Assembly: GCA_965207225.1 (NCBI GenBank)
Contig: CBDBLV010000004.1
Coordinates: 256,001-320,000 of the forward strand
Length of the DNA stretch: 64,000 nt
DNA from: Dehalococcoidia bacterium
GTDB lineage: Bacteria > Chloroflexota > Dehalococcoidia > Plut-88900
Direction: 5' to 3'
The notes under the pieces were generated by a model. The model was not told where the DNA came from and did no database searches. It saw nothing but the letters and a program-made list of their open reading frames with translations. Positions 46,710 through 58,184 of this stretch are shown piece after piece; position 1 is the first letter of the stretch; every line of letters begins with the position of its first letter. A program made the position numbers and the translations under genes.

Positions 46710-47915
46710 ATGCTGCCTCTTGACGGCATAAGAGTCATCGACCTCTCTCAAGGCATCCCCGGCCCCTTCTGTTCAAGGCTCATGGCCGACCAGGGCGCCG
46801 ACGTAATCAAGATCGAATCCCCCTCCGGCGGAGACCCCGCCCGGCGGCAGGCCCCTTTTCCCGGCATGGTCCCTCAGCCGGAAGCAAGTGGGACGTACCA
46901 GTACGTCAATCTCGGCAAGCGAGGCATAAGTCTCAACCTGAACAGTGAGTCAGGTAGGAGAATTCTGAAAAAGCTGGTCTCCGGCGCGCATGTCATCGTT
47001 GAGGGCTTCGAACCGGGCGTTTTGGACACTTTGGGTCTCGGTTTTGCGGATCTATCGGAGATAAACCCGGGGCTGGTGATGACATCGGTCACCAACTTCG
47101 GGCAGTCGGGGCCCTACAAACACTACAAGTCCGACGAAATTACGCAGTACGGCATGGGCGGGCCCATGTCCCTTACCGGCACCCCCGACCATCCGCCTTT
47201 GAATCTGGCCGATGGCATAGTCTTTCTTCAGGCTGGGACAGCCGCAGCGCTGGCTGCAATGATTGCATTCTTTGAGGCAGAGGTGTCGGGGGTGGGAGAG
47301 CACGTGGACATCTCCATTATGGAAATCCAGGCCGGCAACATAGACCGCCGTGCCCTCAGCCTTCTTGCCTATCAATACACGGGCGAGCGCGGCACACGCA
47401 TCGATGCGGGAGGAAGTGCGGTAAGCGGTGTCCTGCCCACCAGCAACGGCTACATTGCCTTCGATGCTGCGACCCCGGCAGCGCTGGAGAATCTCCCAAC
47501 TCTGTTAGAGGCGCCTGAACTGGCACAGGACCCCCGCTTCACGGACCCCAACGCCCGAAACGAACCCGAGAATTCAGAGATGCTGGCGTCCCGAATCCTG
47601 GAGTGGGCCCTCGGCCAGGACAACCAGGTCGCATGGCGCAAGGCCCAGGCACACAGGTCGATGGCTGCACCTATCAACAATGCATCCGACCTCCTCGCCG
47701 ACCCCCACTATGCTTACCGTGGATTCTGGAACCGCATCGAAAGTCCGGTGGGGCTCGTACCATATCTGGGGTCGCCTTTGACCATGAACGGCGCCCGCGT
47801 CTCCGTCAAGCGACCGGCGCCAATGCTGGGCCAGCATAATGGCGAGGTCCTTGGAGGTGAATTGGGATTCAGCCGCGAAGAGTTAAGCACGCTCAAACAA
47901 GCGAGGGTGATCTAG
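46710..47915 (+). CDS. Class III CoA transferase subunit lacking the catalytic Asp
   Basis: LDGIRVID, GADVIKIE, APMLGQHN; start moved to ATG 46710. Confidence 0.88.
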   Translation: MLPLDGIRVIDLSQGIPGPFCSRLMADQGADVIKIESPSGGDPARRQAPFPGMVPQPEASGTYQYVNLGKRGISLNLNSESGRRILKKLVSGAHVIVEGFEPGVLDTLGLGFADLSEINPGLVMTSVTNFGQSGPYKHYKSDEITQYGMGGPMSLTGTPDHPPLNLADGIVFLQAGTAAALAAMIAFFEAEVSGVGEHVDISIMEIQAGNIDRRALSLLAYQYTGERGTRIDAGGSAVSGVLPTSNGYIAFDAATPAALENLPTLLEAPELAQDPRFTDPNARNEPENSEMLASRILEWALGQDNQVAWRKAQAHRSMAAPINNASDLLADPHYAYRGFWNRIESPVGLVPYLGSPLTMNGARVSVKRPAPMLGQHNGEVLGGELGFSREELSTLKQARVI

Positions 47916-47918
47916 TCG

Positions 47919-49214
47919 ATGCCTAGTCTGCCATTGGAAGGAGTCCGTGTCCTGGACATCACCCAGATCTGGGCGGGGCCATACACCACCCAGCTTCTTG
48001 CTGACTGGGGCGCCGAGGTCATTAGAATCGAATCGACGCAGATTGCCCCCATTTCCACGCGGGTGTGGTCCCATGAATGGATAGAGCCCACTCCTGGCAT
48101 CTTTTGGCTCGCTTATCCCGATGGAAAGATGGGAGAAAACCGGGCCAATCGGTGGGCCCTCTTCAACATCCACGCCCGCAACAAGCACAGCGCGACAATG
48201 GACCTCACCCGACCCGAAGGCCGCGCCGTCTTCGACAGCCTTCTCCAAATCAGCGATGTACTGGTCGAAAACAACACCCCGACTACAATGGCAAAGCTGG
48301 AAATAGACTACGAATCTGTCCGCAGGCAGCGGCCCGACATCGTCATGGTCCGCATGCCGGGATTCGGGTTGGATGGGCCATACACGGACTATAGATCCAT
48401 GGGCAATCATGGTGAGGCCATCGCGGGGCACACATGGCTCAAGAACTACACTGACACCGACTTCTCGGAAATCAGCACTACCGTCGTCGGGGACGGGGTT
48501 GCGGGCCTTTACGCCGCCTTCGCCGCGATGAGCGCCCTCAGAGCCCGGCGCCGCACCGGCAAAGGCGCCCTGATTGAGCTGGCCCAGTGTGAGTCCATGG
48601 CCTCCTTCATGCCCCGGCAGGTCCTGGAATACGCCATCAACCGCCGTATACCCAACGCCATCGGCAACCGGCACTGGTCCCTGGCGCCCCACGATTGCTT
48701 TCCGTGCAAGGGCGAGGACCAGTGGGTGACTATAGCCATCGGGACGGACGATGAATGGGACAGCTTCGTAAGGACACTCGGGAGTCCCGAGTGGGCCCTA
48801 GACCCTCGCTTTGCCACCGTTACCGGCCGCTACAACAGCCAAACCGAAATCGGCGAACACATAGCGCGCTGGACCCGGGAGCGTGACCCCTACGAGGTCG
48901 CCAACCTGCTCCAGACCCACGGCGTCGCCGCAGGCCCCGTCATCTTCGATAAGGAGGCCTTCTCCGACCCGCAATATAACGCCCGGGGCTTCTTCGAGCA
49001 GGTAACCCAGGTCGACTGCGGAACTCACTTGTACCCCGGCATCATGTGGAAGGCGTCGGGACACCCCAACGAGATACGTATGCCGCCATGCAGGCTCGGC
49101 GAACACAACGATTATATCTATTCAGACCTCTTGGGGCATAACGCTGAATACCGGGCGCAAATGGAGGCCGAGGGACATATCGGCACCTCATACGTCATAG
49201 ACAATCCCGGTTAG
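47919..49214 (+). CDS. Class III CoA transferase subunit
   Basis: PLEGVRVLD, WAGP, GAEVIRIE, VGDGVAG, LGEHN. Confidence 0.9.
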   Translation: MPSLPLEGVRVLDITQIWAGPYTTQLLADWGAEVIRIESTQIAPISTRVWSHEWIEPTPGIFWLAYPDGKMGENRANRWALFNIHARNKHSATMDLTRPEGRAVFDSLLQISDVLVENNTPTTMAKLEIDYESVRRQRPDIVMVRMPGFGLDGPYTDYRSMGNHGEAIAGHTWLKNYTDTDFSEISTTVVGDGVAGLYAAFAAMSALRARRRTGKGALIELAQCESMASFMPRQVLEYAINRRIPNAIGNRHWSLAPHDCFPCKGEDQWVTIAIGTDDEWDSFVRTLGSPEWALDPRFATVTGRYNSQTEIGEHIARWTRERDPYEVANLLQTHGVAAGPVIFDKEAFSDPQYNARGFFEQVTQVDCGTHLYPGIMWKASGHPNEIRMPPCRLGEHNDYIYSDLLGHNAEYRAQMEAEGHIGTSYVIDNPG

Positions 49215-49274
49215 AAATGTCTCCCTGAACCCACTTCGCGTCCCGCCTCCCCCACCCTCCCCATTGCTCCCTCA

Positions 49275-49650
49275 TCCGTCATCCCAGAATCCGATCGAGA
49301 ATCAATTCTCTGGGGTGGTGCATTCCGCTCGTCCTGAGCGGAGTCGAAGGGTCTCAAAAGCGGAATAGGTGGGGTGTCCCCCTCCCTTGAGGAGACTTTT
49401 GAATAACTGTCATTCCGATGCCCCGCGAGGAATCTGGGGTGGGGGCCTCCTTCCGTTCCCTCCCCCGTAGGGGCAATCCCTCGTGGTTGCTCTAGGGCGG
49501 GGGGTGGCCCACGCCTCGCCAACCCGTCTCGCCCCTCCAAAACTAACCACCACATTCTCCCCTGTCATTCACAATTCCGATGCCCCGCGAGGAATCTGGG
49601 ACGGGGTCCGTCCTCTCCTTGTAGGGGTGGCCCACACCGGCCACCCCGCC
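49275..49650 (+). repeat. Second mosaic array of palindromic REP-like repeats
   Basis: gtcatcc..., gtcctgagcggagtcgaagg, two copies of attccgatgccccgcgaggaatctggg (49412, 49574), two gtagggg-tagged palindromes (about 49468, 49621). Confidence 0.75.
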
Positions 49651-49687
49651 ACTTATGCCTCCCTCAAAAAATGGAAGGGGAAAACCC

Positions 49688-49732
49688 TTGACTCCTATAA
49701 CAGTCGTGCTAAACTATCTCTAGTTCGAACTA
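49688..49732 (+). promoter_or_regulatory. Promoter with overlapping palindromic operator
   Basis: TTGACT-N16-TAAACT with TGn extension; perfect palindrome TAGTTCGAACTA at 49721-49732. Confidence 0.55.
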
Positions 49733-50307
49733 ATAAGCTGTGACATAAGGAGGAACCAAAAAACCCAGGGAAGCCCCCGAGACCCGCCCCAGAGGATGTA
49801 ACCCCCGAGACGTCCGGGACGCCATCCCCTCACACGGGTCCCGTGCCCCTTCCCTACCCATCCAGGCGATGGAAGGTCCACAACATTAAGCGGCACGCTC
49901 CTCACTTAGGAGACCTGCCGAAAAACCTCGGGCCTTACGGCCCTTGAAAAATCTCCCCCGTCGTTCCCCTCGGAGATTCCCATAAACCCAGCGACGGCAG
50001 CGAGAAAACACCCACCCACCCCTCCGAGTGGGTCGGGAAAACTGAAAAACTGGTGGCAGAGACGCCCTCTGGCGAGACCCCCTCGCTTGTCTGCCACGTG
50101 ACACAGGAACACGGGGCTGAACCAGGTGGGCCTCCCGCCCCCTGAAAACCGAGTCCCGGACCTTCCATCGCCGACCCAAAACCAGACAGACAGAACGGAA
50201 AACGAGCCCCACAACAAGAGAAAACACCGGTGCCTCATCAACCCACCGAGCCATCGCAAACTCTTCCAAATGGCGGTTGTTGATGCTACTATGTCGGCAG
50301 CGCGTAG

Positions 50308-52482
<2,175 letters not shown>

Positions 52483-52521
52483 ATGCAGGGAATAATCGCA
52501 GAGACCAAACGCGAGTTAACC

Positions 52522-52560
52522 GTGTGGGTGAGGGATGTATCCCTCACCCACACCATTTTC
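52522..52560 (+). terminator. katG terminator
   Basis: gtgtgggtgagggat-gt-atccctcacccacac followed by cattttc. Confidence 0.7.
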
Positions 52561-52613
52561 TCCGGGAATTCAGACGGTAGCGCTGGAGTCGGAATTCAAC
52601 TGGGAGCAACAAT

Positions 52614-53216
52614 ATGACCACCGCTATAGACCTTCGCCCCGAAAAGCTCGCCCGCTTCGTGGAGGGCGTCGTAGAAGTATCAAGAATGGGCCTTCCACCC
52701 GAGCAGTCCATCGAGCGCATCTACCCGAACTTCCAGCAAATGCTCGACTCCCCGGACTGGCTCGCCGACGAATACAAGGTCCCCATCCCCGACAAGTTCG
52801 CCCAGTACCTCCTCCATCGTGAGGAAGACGCTTCCCTGTCCGTAATGGCTATGGTTGTGCCCGCCGGCTGCACCACCCCCGTCCACGATCACCTCGCCTG
52901 GGGCCTTGTCGGCGTATACCAGGGGAGCCAGTTGGAGACCGTCTACCACCGGGAAGATGACGCCTCAGACCCGGATTACGCCAAACTTACCCACGTAGCC
53001 ACCAACGTCTTGAATGTGGGAGACATCACCCGCCTCGTCCCCCCCGAAGGTGACATTCACAAGATCGAGACCATGGACAAGGACCAGCCGTCCATCTCCA
53101 TACACATCCTGGGTAACGACATCGGTTGCCGCTGGCGTCACGCCTTTGAGGTCGAGGAAGAGAAGGTCTTGGACTTCAGGTCGGGGTACGTGAACGCTCC
53201 CTGCCGGGAAGACTAG
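52614..53216 (+). CDS. Thiol dioxygenase (cysteine/3-mercaptopropionate dioxygenase family cupin)
   Basis: QYLLH, TPVHDH..WG, GDIH, SISIH. Confidence 0.82.
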   Translation: MTTAIDLRPEKLARFVEGVVEVSRMGLPPEQSIERIYPNFQQMLDSPDWLADEYKVPIPDKFAQYLLHREEDASLSVMAMVVPAGCTTPVHDHLAWGLVGVYQGSQLETVYHREDDASDPDYAKLTHVATNVLNVGDITRLVPPEGDIHKIETMDKDQPSISIHILGNDIGCRWRHAFEVEEEKVLDFRSGYVNAPCRED

Positions 53217-53227
53217 ACGGAAGCTGC

Positions 53228-54223
53228 TTACTGCAGGGCTATGGCGTAGGCGTCCCCCACCACCGAGAACCCCGGCCCGACACTCCCGCCAATCGAATAG
53301 GCGATGCCGTCTACGTTTGCCATGGCCGCACCATGCACGGTCAATGGCAGCGGCTGGAAAGTCTGCCACCGCCCCGACTTGGGATCAAAGGCCCGCACCG
53401 AGTCCAGGGCAATGTCTATGTTCTCGCCGCCCAGGATGTACACCCGACCATTGTGCTCCAGCGCTCCCAGGTTAGCCCGTGCAACGCTCAAGCCTTGGAC
53501 TGCCGCCCAAACTCCGGAAGTCGGGTCAAGGGTCTCAACCAGGTCCACGGTCGAGCTACCCGTCTCATTCTTGCCGCCAATTACATATATGAGCTTGCCC
53601 ACCGTGACGGCGCTCATGTGGCTCCGCTCCGTTTGCAGCGACGGGCCTCGACGCCAGGAATCCGATTCAGGGTCATAAATATCGATGCGAGAAGAGGCGG
53701 TGTTCTCATCTACCCCACCAATCAGATAGACTCGGTTGCCGTAAACGGTTGCTGCAAGGGCGGCTCGGGGGTAGGGCATCGGAGCCACCTCGCTCCAGGC
53801 ATTCGAATGTGCATCGTACTGATAAACCCCACCCGACACCTCACCTCGCCTCCCCACAAACCCACCGAACAAGAATACCTTGTCCCCGCCTTCCCGGCTG
53901 AGACCGACTGCAGCCGCATTATGTACGGCCTTGGGCAGGGACGCGGTGACCTTCCAGGTCTTGTCCCGCGGATCGAATACCTCAACTTTCCTCGAGGGCC
54001 GACCAAGCTCGTCCAGACCGCCCATCACGTACACCTTGCCATCGGCCACTGCCACCGCGGCGGCTGTTCTTGGGGTGGGGAGAGGCGGGAGTGGCGCCCA
54101 AGCCTGAGCGGTAACAGGGATGTCTGTGGGTTCGGGGGTGGGGCTGGGGGAGATGGAAACCGTGGAGCATCCGGCGATGACAAGGGCAAGGATAGCAATC
54201 AGTGTGAGGGCCGGACGTTTCAT
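53228..54223 (-). CDS. Kelch-repeat beta-propeller lipoprotein
   Basis: Six YxxGG...Y/F-D..W repeats; lipobox IAGC; ATG 54223 lies downstream of the aor terminator. Confidence 0.88.
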   Translation of the reverse strand: MKRPALTLIAILALVIAGCSTVSISPSPTPEPTDIPVTAQAWAPLPPLPTPRTAAAVAVADGKVYVMGGLDELGRPSRKVEVFDPRDKTWKVTASLPKAVHNAAAVGLSREGGDKVFLFGGFVGRRGEVSGGVYQYDAHSNAWSEVAPMPYPRAALAATVYGNRVYLIGGVDENTASSRIDIYDPESDSWRRGPSLQTERSHMSAVTVGKLIYVIGGKNETGSSTVDLVETLDPTSGVWAAVQGLSVARANLGALEHNGRVYILGGENIDIALDSVRAFDPKSGRWQTFQPLPLTVHGAAMANVDGIAYSIGGSVGPGFSVVGDAYAIALQ

Positions 54224-54237
54224 CGCGCTTATGATAC

Positions 54238-54276
54238 CAAAAGGAAAGGGGCCTTTCGATATGAAAGGCCCCTTTT
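54238..54276 (-). terminator. Terminator of the aor operon
   Basis: Minus strand aaaggggcctttc-atatc-gaaaggccccttt followed by cctttt. Confidence 0.75.
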
Positions 54277-54318
54277 GGCTCGATGGATTTTTCATCAGCC
54301 TTGCATGAGAATCGACAC

Positions 54319-54573
54319 CTAGGAGCCGCCAGCCAGAGGCGGGAAAACGCTAACTATGTCGCCATCCTGAAGCTTCTTCTGTTCCCGCCATTCCTGCTCT
54401 GCGGGACAGTGCTGGCCATTAACGAGGGTCATGTGGGCCAATTCCGGTGGAATTTCCAATTGGGCAATTACATCCCAGAGGCTGGTCCCCTCTTCCAGTT
54501 CCAGTACCCCCTTGCCCGTGCCGTTGCCCATCTTCGCCCGAAGGCTGGCGAACAGTTTTATCTCTACTTGCAT
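54319..54573 (-). CDS. MoaD/ThiS family sulfur carrier
   Basis: VEIKLFASLR, LVNG, FPPLAGGS. Confidence 0.88.
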   Translation of the reverse strand: MQVEIKLFASLRAKMGNGTGKGVLELEEGTSLWDVIAQLEIPPELAHMTLVNGQHCPAEQEWREQKKLQDGDIVSVFPPLAGGS

Positions 54574-54580
54574 GGCCTAT

Positions 54581-55978
54581 CTATTCGGCTGCCTCTTCGG
54601 GCTCGGGGATGCCTGAGACCAGCACGCCGTGCCATTCCGAGACCTGTGTCTTTGCAGCGACATTGCCGTCCCTGTAGCCCCGGTCGGCAGACTGGCCGCC
54701 GGTCAGTGTGCTCTTGAGGAGGCCCTCTGCTACTTTGCAGGCGATGTAGGGCTTGCGAACGTCAAGGGGGTTGTTGTTGAGGTAGTCCTTCCACTTGCCG
54801 AGTTGGGTACCGGCCTGGATGAAGCCCTTGACCATGCCTACGTCGTTCAGGGCCCCGACGTCGGAGGCCCGACCCACCATCACCGCTCCGACTATCCGGT
54901 CACCGTCCCAGGACAACCGCCTGTAAACCGACGTGATGGAGCTTGAAACTACTGTCGTATCCGCATCGCTCTGCCAGTCCCCAAAGCTTGCCACTTGGAG
55001 CCCTACCGCGTCGACAACGTTGAACCCGATGCTTCCAGCGTAGCTCACATCCTGACCTGCCATGTTAGAACCTGCCACACGCCCGTGTTCGAAGGCGGTG
55101 GGCTGAATGGCATGGACAGCCTTGGAGTCGGAGTGGAGAACAGGACCCTCTGCCACGTCTCCGGCGGCGTAGATGCCGTCCACGTTGGTCGCCATTTTGC
55201 TGTCAACTAGTATGCCGTCACCGGTAGCTATGCCAGCACTCGAGGCGAAGTCCAGGTTGGGTCGGATGCCCGTGGCCATGACAACGGCATCGGCTTCCAT
55301 CTTGTCGCCGCTGCTCAGCTTAACGTCGCGATGGGAATCATGCTGGCCGATGCTGGAGACGCTTGTCCCGGTTATGCACCTGACTCCGTTCTTCTCTAGC
55401 CATGCCTCCACCACCTCTGCCGCTTCGGAGTTGATCATCCTCGGGAGGATGTGCTCCTCCAGTTCAACAAAGGTGATAGTGTGGCCCCCGCCGTGAAGTC
55501 CGTCGAGAATAATCAGACCAATAAACCCTGCACCGACAATTACTACCCTGCTCCCCGACGAGACGTTGTTCTTGAAGTTCCGGGCGTCCTCCAGGTTCCA
55601 CATATTCTGGACGCCCGCACCGTCGGATCCATCAATGGGCGGGGTGGTGGCGGAGGAACCGGTGGCTATCAGCAGGTTGTCATACCCTATGGAGGAGCCG
55701 TCACTCAGGGTTACGGCCTTGCCCGCCGCATCGATGCTTGTGACGTGGACCCCGTATTTTGTCTCCACGTTCAGGCCCGAGAGGTAGTCTTCATCGGCCG
55801 TTTTCACCGCCTGTTCACTTATGTCCCCTGCCAGGTAATAAGGCAAAGCCATCCGTGAATAGGGAGGCTCGTTGCCGATTAGGGTAATCGAAGAGTCAGA
55901 CTGGAGTCCCCTGATAGTCTCAATCGCCCGAATCCCTGCGGGACCCGTTCCGAGGACTAAGTGTCTCGTGTTCGCCAT
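54581..55978 (-). CDS. FAD/NAD(H)-dependent oxidoreductase (AorC-like)
   Basis: GTGPAG, ATGS, GAGFIG, YAAGDVAE. Confidence 0.88.
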   Translation of the reverse strand: MANTRHLVLGTGPAGIRAIETIRGLQSDSSITLIGNEPPYSRMALPYYLAGDISEQAVKTADEDYLSGLNVETKYGVHVTSIDAAGKAVTLSDGSSIGYDNLLIATGSSATTPPIDGSDGAGVQNMWNLEDARNFKNNVSSGSRVVIVGAGFIGLIILDGLHGGGHTITFVELEEHILPRMINSEAAEVVEAWLEKNGVRCITGTSVSSIGQHDSHRDVKLSSGDKMEADAVVMATGIRPNLDFASSAGIATGDGILVDSKMATNVDGIYAAGDVAEGPVLHSDSKAVHAIQPTAFEHGRVAGSNMAGQDVSYAGSIGFNVVDAVGLQVASFGDWQSDADTTVVSSSITSVYRRLSWDGDRIVGAVMVGRASDVGALNDVGMVKGFIQAGTQLGKWKDYLNNNPLDVRKPYIACKVAEGLLKSTLTGGQSADRGYRDGNVAAKTQVSEWHGVLVSGIPEPEEAAE

Positions 55979-55982
55979 GTTG

Positions 55983-56273
55983 CTAACCTCCCGGAAATCC
56001 TCTTACGCCGTGGTAGAGCAGGGTGACCCTGTCTTCTTGTCCCAGCGTCGTCGCCATTCCGTCCAGGAACTTTATGTTTCTGCCGTTTACCAGTACCTCT
56101 ACGTCGTCGTTAAGCTCTGATTCGTCACCATCCACAAAGAGCAGTTCTCTCAACTCAGTGCGACTTCCGTTGGACAACTCTACCAGAAGCGCCTGCACCC
56201 GTGGCTGGTCTATGTCTTCTTCGGCTACGCTGGCTAATTCTCTCAGTTTTCCCAAGTATTTTATCGTGGTCAC
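55983..56273 (-). CDS. MoaD/ubiquitin-like protein
   Basis: VLVNGRNI..LDG..T.L...D, C-terminal FPGG. Confidence 0.82.
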   Translation of the reverse strand: MTTIKYLGKLRELASVAEEDIDQPRVQALLVELSNGSRTELRELLFVDGDESELNDDVEVLVNGRNIKFLDGMATTLGQEDRVTLLYHGVRGFPGG

Positions 56274-56289
56274 GATATCGACAAGTTCG

Positions 56290-58137
56290 CTAGGCGATGC
56301 CTAGCGCTTCCAGCTTTTCTTCCGTCGGGGCGCCGTCCTGGTCCCAACCTCGCAGGCTGTAATACTCAGGCAGCATCTTGTCCAGCAGCCCCACCCTACC
56401 CCGGGCCGGATTATCGTCTCCGCGAATTGCATCCTTCAGTATGCGGTCGGGCAGAGTATCGTCGGCTTTTGTCAGGCCGGCCTTCAGGTTGAATAGCCTC
56501 TCCAGGTTCCAGACCCGCTCACCGATGGTATTCATGTCATCCATGGTGAATTCAATGCCCGTGACCCTCACCAGCAACTGTCTAATGTCTTCCAGGTCGT
56601 TGCCGGCGGAGATGAAGAGGCAGAGGCCCGTGGAATCGTGGATAGAGTTTTCGTTCTGGAGGGACACGACCAGCTCGGCTTTACCATCGGGGGAGGCGGG
56701 ATCCAGCATGTAAGGCATTCCAAAGATCTCGGCGGCGGGGGTGAAGGCGCGCAGGTGATCGGCGCCCCGGTTGTTGGTGGCGTAAGCCAAGCTCATGCCG
56801 TTGTAGGCCCGGGGGTCGTAGGCCGGGAACTCCTGGCCTTTGGCGCCCATGTGAACGCCGGGGTTGCCGTACTTGATTGCCATGCGCTTCGAACCTTCGG
56901 CCAACGTGTCCCCGATACCCTCCCGATAGCTAGTTTTTTCAACCAGGGAGACAAGGGCCTCGCCGCTGCCGAAGTCCATCTCCATCCCAGCCTCAGCCTC
57001 GGAGATGGCGCCCTCCCCATAAAGTTCCATCGCTGCGGAGACGGTCGCGCCCATGGATATGGTGTCGACTCCCAGGTCGTTGCACATCCAGTTGGCTTTT
57101 ATCAGGGCGTCCAGGTCTGAAACGCCGCACTGCGCCCCCAAGGCCCAAGCCGTTTCATACTCCGGGCCTTCGGCGGCGATATTCCAGTTGCGAGGATGCG
57201 TATTTACCATGTATTTCCCGGCCGCTCCATCGGGAAGGTGAGTGACCCTTCCACAGGCAATGGTGCAGCTGAAGCAGGCTTTATTGGAGACAAGTCGGGT
57301 CTCGGAAAGGGCCTCGCCGTTGATGTACTCTTCTCCCTCGAACTGGGTCTCAAGGTGATTACGGGTCGGGAGTCCGCCAGTCTCATTGATGATCCCCATA
57401 ATTTCGAGGGTGCCGTACATCTGCATCCCCATTACACCGGGGTTGTCGGTCAGTTTGCCGTGCTGAGACCCGATCGCCTGCATTGCCCCGTCGGCTGACG
57501 CTACCTGTACACTCCCCGTACCCCGAACTGCTATGGCTTTCAGGTTTTTGGACCCCATCACGGCCCCGACCCCCGAGCGGCCAGCGGCACGGTGAAGGTC
57601 GTTCACTATGCAGGCAAACCTGACCAGATTCTCACCGGCGGGACCGATGCTTCCTATCACGCAGTCGGGAACGCCGGTCTCCGTCCTAATCAGTTCCTCT
57701 GTTTCCCAGACCGTACTACCCCAGATGCGCTCCGCCGACAGAAGTCTCACATCGTCGTCATAAATCCAGAGGTAGACTGGGCTTGGGGCCCGACCCTCCA
57801 CAATAACCATATCGTACCCGGCGAATTTGAGCTCTGGGCCCCAGAAGCCCCCCGAGTTGGACCCGGCCATGCCGCCCGTCAACGGGCTCTTGGTCACAAC
57901 CGAGTACCGGGAAGATGCCGAAGCCCCCGTACCGGTCAGCGGGCCCGTTGAGAAAACCAGGACGTTGTCCGGGTGCAGGGCGTCGACGGTGGGGTCTACC
58001 ATCTCCTCGTAGAGGTACTTGGCCCCGAGACCTCTCATGCCAACATAGTCCCGGGCCCAGTCCATGTTCAGGTCTTCCTTTTCGACCACACCATTGGTCA
58101 GGTCAACCCTCAGGACTTTTCCGGTCCAGCCATTCAT
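56290..58137 (-). CDS. aor: Aldehyde:ferredoxin oxidoreductase family catalytic subunit (copy 2)
   Basis: KSPLTG, AAGRSGVGAVMGSKNLKA, CFSCTIAC, GPEYE, RGADH, GLC. Confidence 0.94.
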   Translation of the reverse strand: MNGWTGKVLRVDLTNGVVEKEDLNMDWARDYVGMRGLGAKYLYEEMVDPTVDALHPDNVLVFSTGPLTGTGASASSRYSVVTKSPLTGGMAGSNSGGFWGPELKFAGYDMVIVEGRAPSPVYLWIYDDDVRLLSAERIWGSTVWETEELIRTETGVPDCVIGSIGPAGENLVRFACIVNDLHRAAGRSGVGAVMGSKNLKAIAVRGTGSVQVASADGAMQAIGSQHGKLTDNPGVMGMQMYGTLEIMGIINETGGLPTRNHLETQFEGEEYINGEALSETRLVSNKACFSCTIACGRVTHLPDGAAGKYMVNTHPRNWNIAAEGPEYETAWALGAQCGVSDLDALIKANWMCNDLGVDTISMGATVSAAMELYGEGAISEAEAGMEMDFGSGEALVSLVEKTSYREGIGDTLAEGSKRMAIKYGNPGVHMGAKGQEFPAYDPRAYNGMSLAYATNNRGADHLRAFTPAAEIFGMPYMLDPASPDGKAELVVSLQNENSIHDSTGLCLFISAGNDLEDIRQLLVRVTGIEFTMDDMNTIGERVWNLERLFNLKAGLTKADDTLPDRILKDAIRGDDNPARGRVGLLDKMLPEYYSLRGWDQDGAPTEEKLEALGIA

Positions 58138-58184
58138 AGGTATCGCATCCTTAAAAGGCCCCGAAATCGAAAGGTAGCGACCCT

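Noticed and set aside
49721-49732. LexA box
   Set aside because: GTTC-GAAC orientation does not match the GAAC-N4-GTTC box; kept only as an unassigned palindrome.
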